Source: Chiloscyllium plagiosum
Taxonomy: Eukaryota
Direction: 5' to 3'
Assembly: GCF_004010195.1 (NCBI RefSeq)
Contig: NC_057751.1
Coordinates: 8,090,137-8,154,136 of the forward strand
DNA: 64,000 nucleotides
Every line of letters starts with the position of its first letter. Within the stretch, counting starts at the first letter, position 1. Positions 50,972 through 62,239 of the stretch are shown piece by piece. Made by a program: the position numbers and the translations under genes. Below the pieces are notes generated by a model. It was not told where the DNA came from. It saw nothing but the letters and a program-made list of their open reading frames with translations, and searched no databases.

Positions 50972-51567
50972 CGTGGTGACTGTAATGAAGTCAGCCAGGT
51001 GGATCTCACAGAATCTGAGTTCCCCGACCGGGGCTGTTAACCCCTGGTCCAATTGGGGGGCCCTGGCTGACAAATAAAACCAGGGTCGTCACACAGCATT
51101 GCCCTTTTGTGAAGGGCACTGCTTGTCAGTGGCCACTCTGGTGTTTTCCTATCTTCCTGGTGGTGGAAATTGATTAAAGATTCGTGCACCTTGTGTCTCT
51201 CACTGTGCCACACACACCATGGGTGCTGTGGAAAAAATAAGCACTACCGCAGTTAGGCGGTAGTGTGGGGGTTAAATAAAAAAAGGACAAAAAAAAAACC
51301 CAGGGTTGTATCACATCTGCACACACACAATATGGGTGCGGGGGAAAAATAAGCACTACCGCAGTTTGGCAGTAGCGTGGGGGTAATGATAAAAAAAGGA
51401 AATAAACAGGAGTGTCAGAGCTTCAGAATAAAACACAAACATGAGTGTCAGAGGCTTTGTTCACCCTGAGAGCTGGTTCTGAGAAGTGGGATCAGTGTCA
51501 AGGACCCTCCACAGGCAAGTCAAGGGTGCCTTGGTGACGGGATGCCAGCCTCTGTGGAATTATTTCA
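50972..51567 (+). mobile_element. Solo LTR (family L1) interrupted at 51085-51436
   Basis: LTR halves match the 60606 and 42976 copies; flanks ggtgg. Confidence 0.65.
51085..51400 (+). mobile_element. Two tandem 3' ends of an A-tailed retroelement with a terminal hairpin (possibly Tx1/L1-like)
   Basis: aaaataagcactaccgcagttaggcggtagtgtggggg plus A-rich tail at 51234-51298, and a variant at 51346-51400. Confidence 0.55.
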
Positions 51568-51840
51568 GGTGGAGTTGGTAAGGTTCTCCCTCTTTCTCCC
51601 TCCTCTCATAGCCTTGCAGACAGGACACAAAGGATCCCGCACCCGCGACCTGTTGTGGATCAGCTGGTCACGCACTCCATCGCTGTCTGCGGGAGCACAC
51701 TGTGTACCATATTCTTGCCTTCTAACTCTGACCACACCTCAGAAAGACTTCACTGGTTGTCAAGCATTCTCGGTCTTCCAGAGCTCAGAGAAAGTCAGAT
51801 AAATAGTGCGGGGGGGGGGTGATGGCCTTGAGGTATTAGC

Positions 51841-51968
51841 GGGGAAAGTGAGGACTGCAGATGCTGGAGATCAGAGCTGAAAATGTGTTGCTGGAAAAGT
51901 GCAGCAGGTCAGGCAGCATCCAAGGAGCAGGAGAATCGATGCTTCGGGCATGAGCCCTTCTTCAGGAG
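51841..51968 (-). mobile_element. PLE pLTR arm (family A) with mutated hammerhead
   Basis: Minus strand ctgaagaagggctcatgcccgaagcatcgattctcc. Confidence 0.75.
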
Positions 51969-52589
51969 GGTCATAGTTCCACCCCGACCCGCTGCTTGTT
52001 ATAATGTTCAGTGACATACCGTAATGAGGTTTGTTGGAAGGAAGGGGACAATAAAGCAGCACATCACCTGGTCTCTGCAGGTGAAGCGCAGGAATTGAGC
52101 AGGATGCCGGAGAGCTGCATTACCTTTCGGTTGTGCCCTCCACAACTGGGAGAACAGGTACAGGGGTGATGAGGCACTGCAAGGAGATTGCGTGCAAAAT
52201 GTTGCAGTGTGTTCCTCATGCTTTGCATGGTATTGACTCCCAAGCATCAGGAAGTGGCACAAAGGGCCAAAAACTCTGAATATTATTGAATGTTCTCACA
52301 GTTGTGTCTGTAACCCGAGGCAGGGTTTAATTAATGAAGGGAGGAAGATTGAATTTTGTTTTGAGCATTGATTGCACCAGTTCACTGTGCAGTTATGAGG
52401 CAATAATTATAATGACATTAGAGTACAGGGGTGACGTGACATGAGTAAACTGCCTTTTCTCTTTCAATCATTTCATTTTTCCCATTGCGATTCTCACTCT
52501 CTTGAAAGACCAAACATGTTTGCTAGTGGCTCTCTGGTCTCCAGTGCTCTGCAGTGTTCTGGTATCTTAACAGATCATCATGTTGCTCA

Positions 52590-52880
52590 CGCCAGCTGTA
52601 GCCCAGTCCTGAGTCAAAGTTTGTGACCCCCAAACTCCACTCCAGAGACTGTGTTTCACTGCCGGAGCACTGTCTCTCAGAAGAAACATTGAACCAAAGC
52701 TCTCTCCATTTCTCAAGAGAATATAAGACACGTTGCAATGCTGCTTTGAAGAAATTATGTCCGGTTTCCTGGCCAATAAGTGTCCCTCAAAAGAAAATCA
52801 CAGAAACAGATCATCTGATAAATACCACTTCACCAATTTTGAAGCTTGCTGCTGACAAATTGGCTCTCACAACAGCAGGT
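52590..52880 (+). mobile_element. Old Deu-domain-like SINE
   Basis: cctggccaataagtgtccctcaa...acagatcatctg...gcttgctg...aaattggct. Confidence 0.45.
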
Positions 52881-54852
52881 ATGGTTCAAGAGATCATGAC
52901 AAAGCTCCTTTTGTATCCAAATGTTCATAATTCCATAACTGAGATTCCTCTGCCTCTTGCACAGGGTACTGACACCTATTGCCGTGACTATACAGTTAGG
53001 TCATGGAGCTCACAGGAGCCACTGTATGGAGTCGGGGAAATTTGGTCCATTGTTTCGAAATGTGTCCCATTTCCCTCCAGAGCTCTGTGACCTCCCCGAT
53101 TCAGATTTTATCAACTTCTGCCTGAAAAGCGGCCTTCATTATTACACTGGCACCCGAAGAAATTACCCCAGCATTGCATCAGCATTTTTCACTCCAAATT
53201 GTTGGCTGTAGTGTCTCAAGGTCTCGACAACGAGCTGGACCATAACAGGAACAAGGACGTAATGACAGGTTGCGACAATTTCTTCCAGCTTACATTAAAC
53301 AGCTATTGCCATGCAGTCATGAGCTCAGTGAAGAAAGGAAGGATTGGGATATCCACAGTGTTGGTCATGCATTCAGCTTGGTTCAAAGAGCTTGATAGCA
53401 CATTAGTATGTAGTCCCTGTTGAAATGTGGAAGCCATGGAAGTGAATTAGTGTGTAGCAGGTTCTCACCACAACCAGGTACTCAGCTTTCTCTCAGTGAT
53501 CTTCGTTGAGGGATAGGTAATGACTGAGACACAGACAGAGACTCGCGTCTTCCTCTTTGAATATTACCATGGAATCCTCTCCATTTACCTGAGAGGACAG
53601 GCAGGGGTCATTCATGCCTCCATCATCAGTACCGACGTTCCTCCAGTACTGATTAAGCACTGATTGTACTATTTACAAATTCTGCAAGTGATGTGGTGGC
53701 CACTTCACTCAAGAAAAGTCTAACCTCACATAAAGAATTCTGAGGATCTGGGTCGCCTCAGCAAAGCCAGTGATCCCCACTGCCCTTGAGAAAGGAATGT
53801 TGGGCCATCACCTTGAACCTCACTCTTGTCCTATTGGTAGTGACTATGACTCAAGGGGAATGAAGGGACTGCAGTGTACTTCCAAGTTCAGGATGGCTTG
53901 GAAGGGAAATCACATGGAGCGATGCTCCCCATGCAACTTCTGATGATGAGGTAGAAGATGAGGTTTGGAAGGTACATTCAAAGAAGGTTTGATGTGATAA
54001 AATGAGGCATCTTGAAGTCAGAGTTCCAGTCCCACAGTGAGTGAATGTTTCACACCCAGCTCTGAACTGGAGTACATTGTCTCTGACTGCACCAACAAGA
54101 CATCTCACCATTTGTCATGGGAGCCATGACTAATGGTGATCATAAAATTATTGCCACAAACAGATTATAAACGCAATTCTAATACATTTGACATTTTTGG
54201 ATTTCTTGATTGTTTTAAAAACAATTTTGACACACATTTATATTCGATTGGCGATGCTTCAAAACATGAAACATAGATGGCGATCATGTGACCAGACTGA
54301 GCAGTCACCTTCCAGAAGCTTCTCAAGAGTCAAAATCAGACAAGCAAAACCTCACATTTCTCCTGATGGGGCTGGAAAACTAACAATTATGTCATAAAGT
54401 GCTGCAGACACAAAGGGATCTCCAAGAGTCATAAAAACAACACCCAACAACAACAACAGAATTACAAGTTACTCCTGTCCTATGACACATGTGAATGACT
54501 TTTCACTTAATCCCTGGAATGGGGCGTATATAGTCGGTGAGGTGCAATGCAAGACTTGGTCTCAACAGAAATTGTTTCTCACCGACTTCCTCCAGCCAAG
54601 GGTATTGTTTGTGTAGTCCCTACTGGTCTGACCATTTCTGCCTTTTGATGATAGCTTTTGAAATAGCAGTCAATTAAGGAGTCAGGGCGATTACAAGCCA
54701 GCATCGACCAACAATATTGAACCTCCAATACAGGGTTGCACAGGGAAAACTTGTGCCCTGTAAAAAGCAGTCAACAACCTGTTGTTGCATTGTCTGCAAG
54801 GAATCACCATTCTTACATCAAAGTCATGAGTCACACGACTCCCGGTTACATC

Positions 54853-55162
54853 AGAGTCATAGAGACATAGAGATGTACAGCATGGAAACAGATCCTTCAG
54901 TCCAACTCATCCATGCCGACCAAATATCCCAACGCAATCTAGTCCAAACTACCAACACCCAGCCCAAATCCCTCCAAACCCTTCCTATTCATATACCCAT
55001 CCAAATTCCCCTTAAATGTTGTAATTGTACCAGCCTCCACCACTTCCTCTGGCAGCTCATTCCACACACGTACCACCCTCTTGTGTGAAGAAATTGCCCC
55101 GTAGGTCTCTTTTATATCTTTCCCCTTCTCACCCTAAACCTATGCCCTCTAGTTCTGGACTC
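54853..55162 (-). mobile_element. CR1/HER1 3' end
   Basis: catagagacatagagatgtacagcatggaaacag tail. Confidence 0.8.
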
Positions 55163-55319
55163 CAGGAAAACATTTGAATTCACAAACTTTCGGAGCACTG
55201 CCTCCTTTGTCGGGCGCTCCGAAAAGCTGGTGATTCAAGTAAACCTGTTGGACGACAACCTTGTGTTGTGTGTCTTCTGACTTTGTCCACCCCACTCCAA
55301 CACCGGCACCTCCACATCA
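55163..55319. mobile_element. Decayed family B foldback
   Basis: ctttcggagc...gctccgaaaagct...aaacctgttggac, matching the 36726-36966 element. Confidence 0.65.
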
Positions 55320-56073
55320 CCCTTACGTCAAAACAGTGAAGCGGGAGTACATTTCAGCAAATTTCCTCAGAAATCTTCAAAGAGATTTCTTGAAAAGAAG
55401 AAATGTTTTGCAACCCCTGAACTACTGGCTGACCAATCACTTCCCAATCCCACAGGGGAATTCCAGACTCTTAATTCCAGCTTTCAAATTCCACCTGAAA
55501 AGTAAGAACACTTGGTAACTTGCATCCATCGGTTTCTTTGTACACAAGTTGCCGTCAATTGAACAGCTTCTTGACGTTGGCTGATTTGATCTGTTGGCCA
55601 GGGATTGCTCACACACAAAAACAACAGCTTATGAACTCAAGTTACCCCGAGCCCCAGCCACTGTCCTGTGCTGGCTGGAACCAGGTCATTTCGGAGGAGT
55701 GACAATAGGCACAAAACCTTAGTTGGTCGAAGAGTAATGAGGTCACCCTAACAGTGGTCTGAGGCCGGAGTCGATAGTGAAAAGACACAGGTTTGCCAGA
55801 TGAACCAGAACCAAGGAGGAGACATCACATTTCGGGAAGATAAGGAGCAAGGATTAAAATGAAGAATTTTGGGTGTGCCAGCATCGAAAACTCCAGAGAT
55901 CAATCTCCAGTGGAGTGCAGGGCCCTACACTTGGAAGTGTGGAGATAACACTGAGTACCTGGGAAATCACCTGGCCAGCATGAGTTCCTATTCTCAGGTA
56001 TTAGCCTTTGTTTTCTGTAGCTGTTCAAGGAACATCTGAGAAACCTAGTGGGTGTGCGCATAGATTAGATTAG

Positions 56074-56158
56074 TTAAAAATCACACAACACCAGGTTATA
56101 GTCCAACAGGTTTAATTGGAAGCACACTAGCTTTCGGAGCGACGCTCCTTCATCAGTT
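56074..56158 (-). mobile_element. Family B pLTR arm with intact hammerhead core (56128-56156), inserted in a SINE microsatellite tail
   Basis: Minus strand CUGAUGA-A-GGAGC GUC GCUCC-GAAAG-CUA; flanked by gattagattag on both sides. Confidence 0.8.
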
Positions 56159-56457
56159 GATTAGATTAGATTCCCTACAATGTGGAAACAGGCCCTTCGG
56201 CCCAACCAGTCCACACTGACCCCCCCGAAAAGTAACCCACCCAGACCCATTTCCATCTGACTCATGTACCTAACACTATGGGCAATTTAGCATGACCAAT
56301 TCATCTGGCCGGCACATCTTTGAACTGTGGGAAGAAACCTACACAAACACGGGGAGAAAGTAAAAACTCCACACAGACAGTCGCCCGAGGCTGGAATCAA
56401 ACCTGGGACCCTGGCGCTGTGAGGCAGCAGTGCTAACCACTGTGCCACCGTGGCACC
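56159..56457 (-). mobile_element. HE1/V-SINE
   Basis: Antisense head, V-domain and tail. Confidence 0.88.
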
Positions 56458-56659
56458 TTCAGTCTTGTATGATTTGCACGCCTGCTTTTAACCATTTATT
56501 CACCAAACAGTGTGAATTGTTTGTGTGTTTTAACCATCCAATAAAGCCGATTGTTTGTTGATACAGACAAGACTCTTTCCCTCTTTGTTTCGAGCAAGTA
56601 ACTGTTGTCGAGGGCAGTAACCAGGCAACAGATCTCAACTCTCCTATGTTTGTATGTGA

Positions 56660-56988
56660 TGGAAATGTGTTGCTGGAAAAGCGCAGCACGTCAGGCAGCA
56701 TCTAGGGAACAGGAGAATCGACGTTTCAGGCATTAGCCCTTCTTCAGGAATGAGGAAAGTTTGTCCAGCAGGCTAAGATAAAAGATAGGGAGGAGGGACT
56801 TGGGGGAGGGGCGTCGGAAATGTGATAGGTGGAAAGAGGTCAAGGTGAGGGTGATAGGTCAGACTGGGGTGGGGGCGGAGAGGTCGGGAAGAAGATTGCA
56901 GGTTAGGAAGGCGGTGCTGAATTTGATGGATTTGACTGAGACAGGCTGGGGGGAGGGGAAATGAGGAAACTGGTGAAATCCACATACA
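56660..56988 (-). mobile_element. 5'-truncated PLE (family A): ORF end, 3' UTR, and pLTR with hammerhead at 56720-56746
   Basis: TSD tatg(t/c)ttgtatgtg at 56645-56658 and 56989-57002; CUGAAGA-A-GGGC UAAU GCCU-GAAAC-GUC; VDFTSFLISPP ORF terminus. Confidence 0.85.
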
Positions 56989-57282
56989 TATGCTTGTATG
57001 TGGACCTCTGTCGCGAGGCATTCCTCAGCCCTGCAACAAAAATGCAGGTGAAATAAACCCGACTTCGGGACAACTTGACGACGGTGTTGTTGCGGTCCTT
57101 GTAGAGTCAGAGCAGACAAACAGAGGAAGTAGCTGGAAACTGGCCCCGCTGTTCTAACACGATCACAATTCACTTGCAGACTGATGGTGGGAACACGAAG
57201 AGAGACTTGTTTTGGAGCAAGTGTGTCGGACAAACTCATTGGTTCCATCAATGCACTTCAGGGGAGGAAGTCTGCTGGACTC

Positions 57283-57455
57283 AAATAAAACGCAGAACTG
57301 CGTTTGCTGAAGACCTGAAACAAAAGACGGAAATTGGCGGAGAAACTCAGCAGGTCTGGCAGCATCTGCGGACAGAAAACAGAGTTAACCTTCCGCGACC
57401 GGAGACACTTATTTGGAGCTCTGCTTTCTCACCACAGAAGCTGACAGGCTTGTCC
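57283..57455. mobile_element. Decayed family C foldback
   Basis: ctcagcaggtctggcagcatctgcggacagaaaacagagttaac and a partial inverse arm. Confidence 0.5.
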
Positions 57456-58331
57456 AGGTCTCACACAGGTGTAAACCAGACCTGAAGCAATACAACTGAC
57501 TTTCAATGACCGGCTGAAATGCCCTGGCCAATGGCGATTGGGTTCGATAGCAGGGAAGTGCGATATTGCTCGTCCTGGAATGGGTTTTGAACTCTGTTAG
57601 CTTTTGTCTGAGAGGCTGTTGTACCTCTGTCAGACCGATTCCCTTCCCTGTTCGAATAGGTCCACATGGAGCTGTGCAATGTTTGAAAAAGGGATATCAA
57701 GGAGTTGGTGTATGCAGGTAGAAGTGCAAGTAAAAGAGCATGGAAAAAGGCCATTTGATACAAGTGAAATGGCACATGCCCGTGCTGTATTGTGGGGAGG
57801 GTGAAAAGGCTTCAGGAAGGTGAATGCTGGCCACAGTACTCCTCAACGGGAGAGAGACAGTTTACTTAATGGGACGAAATTTGTGTTGAAACCATGGGAA
57901 TGGCCCTGCATGGGTAAGAGGCGTGGTCAAAGTGAGGACAAGAGAGACGATCCTGAAACGGCATGTGGATCACATGACAGCTATCACATGATTACAAACA
58001 CCTTGCTGGAGCTTGTACTCAGTGCAACTTCTGTCCGCCTCACTTCACCTGCGTTACCCTCGAATTCTGTTCTCATCTCCCTCCAGTACATGTATCACAT
58101 CCCCTTGAATTCACAGTGAACAAGTAAGTTGCAATTGGAAGGTGCAACAGCCATGCAAATTATCTAGTCCTCTCTCCCCATCCCCCACTTCAGCATGATT
58201 GTCAGTTCTTTCCACTGAATAGAATTGAATAGAATACCCTTTTATTGTCACATGTACTTAAGTACAGAAGTACAGGAATGCAGTGAAAAGTTTTATAATG
58301 TCATTTCTTACAGCTCCATCTTTAGTACAAG

Positions 58332-58923
58332 TGTTATGGACCAGGCCAGAACCCCTCAAAATATTTTAAGAAGGTAGCCCTGATCTAAACTTTTTTTTTA
58401 TTTTAAAGGCGGATGTGTAGTGGATATTCTAGGTGTGATGCAGCTGGTCAAACCACTTGGCTTTAAGCGAAACAGAATTTATTTAAACACTGCAGTTGAA
58501 ACACTAACAAAAGAAAATGGAATTTAGAATCGCTGAAGTATTGGAAAACCTAACTGACCCAAAACGGCAACCTAACTAAGGAGCTGTTCCAATCTAGTAA
58601 TATACCCAAAGCACACCCCCTGTCAAAAAAAGTAAATTGAAACACAGATTCTTACAGGCAGGAGGGAACAACATCCAAAGAGATTTCAGAGAGAGCCAGA
58701 GAAAGAGTCAGTCAGGAATGACCTGCTTAAGTTTGGAACCCTTCTGGACTGCAGCATCTTGTGACTGCCCAGTTAAACCAAACTTGGAAAAACCTGAACT
58801 GGGAGAACTGGCCACACCCCTGCCCTTGTTAAACTAGACACTTCAGTGCCTCTGCCTTTACGACCTCTCATGGAAAAAAAACCAAGGACAAAATAACCTT
58901 TTTAAAGTGGCAGCTTCATCGCA
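58332..58923 (-). mobile_element. Solo LTR (family L2)
   Basis: tgttatggacc...catcgca; antisense to 24154-24785. Confidence 0.65.
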
Positions 58924-59315
58924 CAGGTACCCAGGCAGAAACCTTTGATACAAAAGAGGAAATAAAAGAAAAGTAGTTGCATTACTTTATAGTGTTTAAG
59001 GAGTACGTTAGAACTAAGCTACAGTTAAAGGATTGACATTACATTACAATGCAGCAGCTGAGCACAGGGGCTTTCGACCGTGGTCTGACGGCCTGCGCCA
59101 GACACCTATCTAACAAACGTGCCACTCCACTCCAAGCCTCCAGTCCACTTCATTTTGCCATTTTTACATTCTGATCACTTAATCTGCACTGTCAACATCT
59201 TTTCTCCCCCAGCACTCTACCGCCTCCCTCCCAATACTACTGCATAAATACTGCCCACTCCACACTTCATGGTAGCTCCAATGAAGAGTCATCGAGGCTC
59301 GAAATGTTAGCTTGG

Positions 59316-59347
<32 letters not shown>

Positions 59348-60605
59348 CCTGTGACCCATTGTTATTTCTGGCATTTTTTTTGGCTTTCAATGCAAGTTAC
59401 CAGTGTTGGTGAACATGTAAAAAATGTCCCCTGGTGGATTAATGAGAGTTTGTCTTATCCTGATAGATCCTTGTTTTGACCAACAGGATACTCTGCAAAA
59501 AAAGACCAATTACCCATACCTTTATGAGCACCCGATGTTTATTTTTTTCTAAATGTTTAGCCAGATATTGCATGGTCAGCACATGCACAAATCTGAACTG
59601 TGTTGCTTCTGATGGGGCTTCCGTTGTAGCTGCTAAATAAGGTTCTGTTCCACAGTGATAGAAGTGCCACTAGTTTTCAATGTGGACCTCAAAGTGCGCC
59701 CTGAAATTACATTTAATAACAAGAAGCAATGAATCATTGGAGTTCCCGAGCTACGCTGCTTTGGGGGATGGGAGGGAGATGAAGCCCAGTCCAGCAGGCT
59801 TTGAGCAACCTAAGGAAATAAATGATTCCATCGGCACTGCTAATAATTACACAGGCTAGGAATACGATACAGTAATTAACTGCAGTGAAAATTGAAATGA
59901 TAGCTAAGGTTAATTAACATTTTACCGCCTATACTATTCAACACATTGCCAAATACTGTATAAAATCTAATTCATACAGCAAAAAAAAATAGAGAGCCAA
60001 CACTTTTCATTACTTCGTTGAAAGCTGCTCGGGCTCCCTCATAAAGAGAGCATTTATTATTAAAAGGACCTTTAGATCTCGAAGTGGGGCCTCAAAGTGA
60101 CATTATGCAGATATCAACACAAAAATGGTGAACCTGTTTAAACACAACATTTTAACTAGGGAGTATGCTGGGTGAAATTAAACAGGTGGGTCATGCCAAT
60201 ATTTATAGGAGTCCACAAACAAATTACGTAACAACCATCTCCTGCTGTTGTGAAAAACATAGAAACAGTCTCGCATTCCCTGGCCCGCAAAGCAACTGAT
60301 AGTGAAGGAAGCGCTTTCCAATTGCAGCCGCTGTCAGAGTGTAGGAATTTTGGCACAGCAAGATCCAATTAACGGTGGTGTGGTAATCATCAGTTGATCT
60401 CAATTGATGGCTTCAATGTTGGCCGAGGCGTCCTTTTCAACAGTAGTAATGTGGTGTACCTTTTACATCCCCCTGAAGGGGGCAAATTCAGTTTCTATTT
60501 TCATGTGTCATCTGAAAGGCAGCATCTTTGACACTGCAGCACACCCTCAGTGCTGCGCTGCAGGGTCTGCCTAGGTTCCTGTGTTCTGCTCTTGAACTTG
60601 GGACT

Positions 60606-61051
60606 TGTAGTGATTGGAACGAGGGCCAGGTGGATCTCATAGAGTATGGGGTCCCCGACTGGGGCTGTTAACCCCTGGTCCAATCAGGGAACGCCGGCTG
60701 ACGGATATAAACAGGAATGATTGTCACTGTCTTGTCATACGTGGAACTGGGATTTGAGGTTTGTCCTCCTCTCCCTGTAAAATGGTTGAACGGTAGGGTT
60801 CGGGGCCTAGCTTTGCTGCTCCTCTCCCTTGTAAAACTGCTGTCTTTTGTGTACAGCTGTCAATGTTTTTTGTAAACTGTTTTGTAATTTGTTTAATAAA
60901 ATAAAAAAAAATAAAAAAATAAACAGGAATGTCTGGGTTCTGTTCACTCTGAGAGCTGGCTCCAGGGAAGCTGGATCAGGGTCAAGCACTCTCCATGAGT
61001 AAATGAAGGGTGACTTGGTGATGGGATACCAGCCTCTGTGGACTTGTTTCA
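60606..61051 (+). mobile_element. Solo LTR (family L1) interrupted at 60720-60918
   Basis: TGTAG...TTTCA termini; TATA-like gatataaa. Confidence 0.7.
60720..60918 (+). mobile_element. Poly(A)-tailed retroposed 3' fragment with 13-bp TSD
   Basis: TSD ataaacaggaatg at 60707-60719 and 60919-60931; aataaa followed by an A tail. Confidence 0.75.
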
Positions 61052-61704
61052 ACCACAAAATTAGCCACTGACTTCCAGGCACCCACCAGCCTCTAATCCT
61101 TTACCAGTCACTTTAAATCAGTGATACTGGACTAACTGGACAGCGCTTGCAAAGGATCGGTGAAGGCAACTTGGCTGAAAATGTTTTGATCATCTCAGAA
61201 TACGAGAGGCCAAGAGGAAATACCTTTCCCAAACAAAACCAGCAAACTCAGCAAAAAACACGTCACCCTCCCTCAGTCCCGGCAGGTAACAAATCTTTGG
61301 CCAAGACAAAAAGTGGGCTGAGTCAAAGAATGCCCCCAGCATTCACGGGAACAATCTGAACGTGAGATAGAAAAGGCAGGCACATTGTAAAGGTTTCTGT
61401 TTTTAATTACTTATCCCCCCCTACCCCCACTCCAAGTATCTGTCAGTATTCCTGGCTCAGAATCGACACACATATAGCTGAGGGTTTGTGTGGGTTATCA
61501 GAAAGATCGAAATGGAACAGCAATGTGGTCATGTTTAAATGATGTCCACAGGGGTGCCAGGCTTGTGCTGAACACAAAGATACACACACTATCCTGCTGA
61601 AACCCGTTGCCACGGCAACGTCGCCCTTTGTCGTGTCCCAGTCAGATTTAAAAGCGGGGGTGGGATTGTCATTGAACAGAAAACTCTCAAACAAGGGTTA
61701 TACA

Positions 61705-62232
61705 GTCGTAGAGTTGTAGAGCACGGAAACAGACCCTTCAGTCCAACTTGTCCATGCCGACCAGATATCCTAACCTAATATAGTCCCATTTGCTAGCATT
61801 TCGCCCATATCCCTCGAACCCTTCCAATTCATATACCCATCCAGATGCCTTTTAAATGTTGTAATTGTATCAGCCTCCATCACTTCCTCTGGCAGCTCGT
61901 TCCACACATGCACCACCCTCTGCGTGAAAAATATCCCTTTTAAACTTTTTCCCTCTCACACTAAAACTATGCCCACTAGTTTGGACTCCCCCACCCCAGG
62001 GAAAAGACCTTATCTATTTACCCTATCCATGTCACTCATTATTTTATAAACCTCTGTGAGGTCACCCCCCTCAGCCTCTGACGCTCCAGGGAAAACAGCC
62101 CCAGCCTATTCAGCCTCTCCCTATAGCTCAAATCCTCCAACCCTGGCAACATCCTTGTAAATCTTTTCTGAACCCTTTCAAGTTTCACAATATTTTTCCT
62201 ACATCAGGGAGACCAGAATTGAGCAGGGTATT
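61705..62232 (-). mobile_element. CR1/HER1 3' fragment
   Basis: Same family as 31060-31757. Confidence 0.85.
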
Positions 62233-62239
62233 ACACCGA

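Noticed and set aside
52957..53270. Candidate exons on either strand (e.g. LVVETLRHYSQQFG)
   Set aside because: No recognisable protein and inconsistent frames and splice sites
57503..57775. Minus-strand 90-aa ORF or terminal exon after the acceptor at 57672
   Set aside because: No homology that I recognise in any frame
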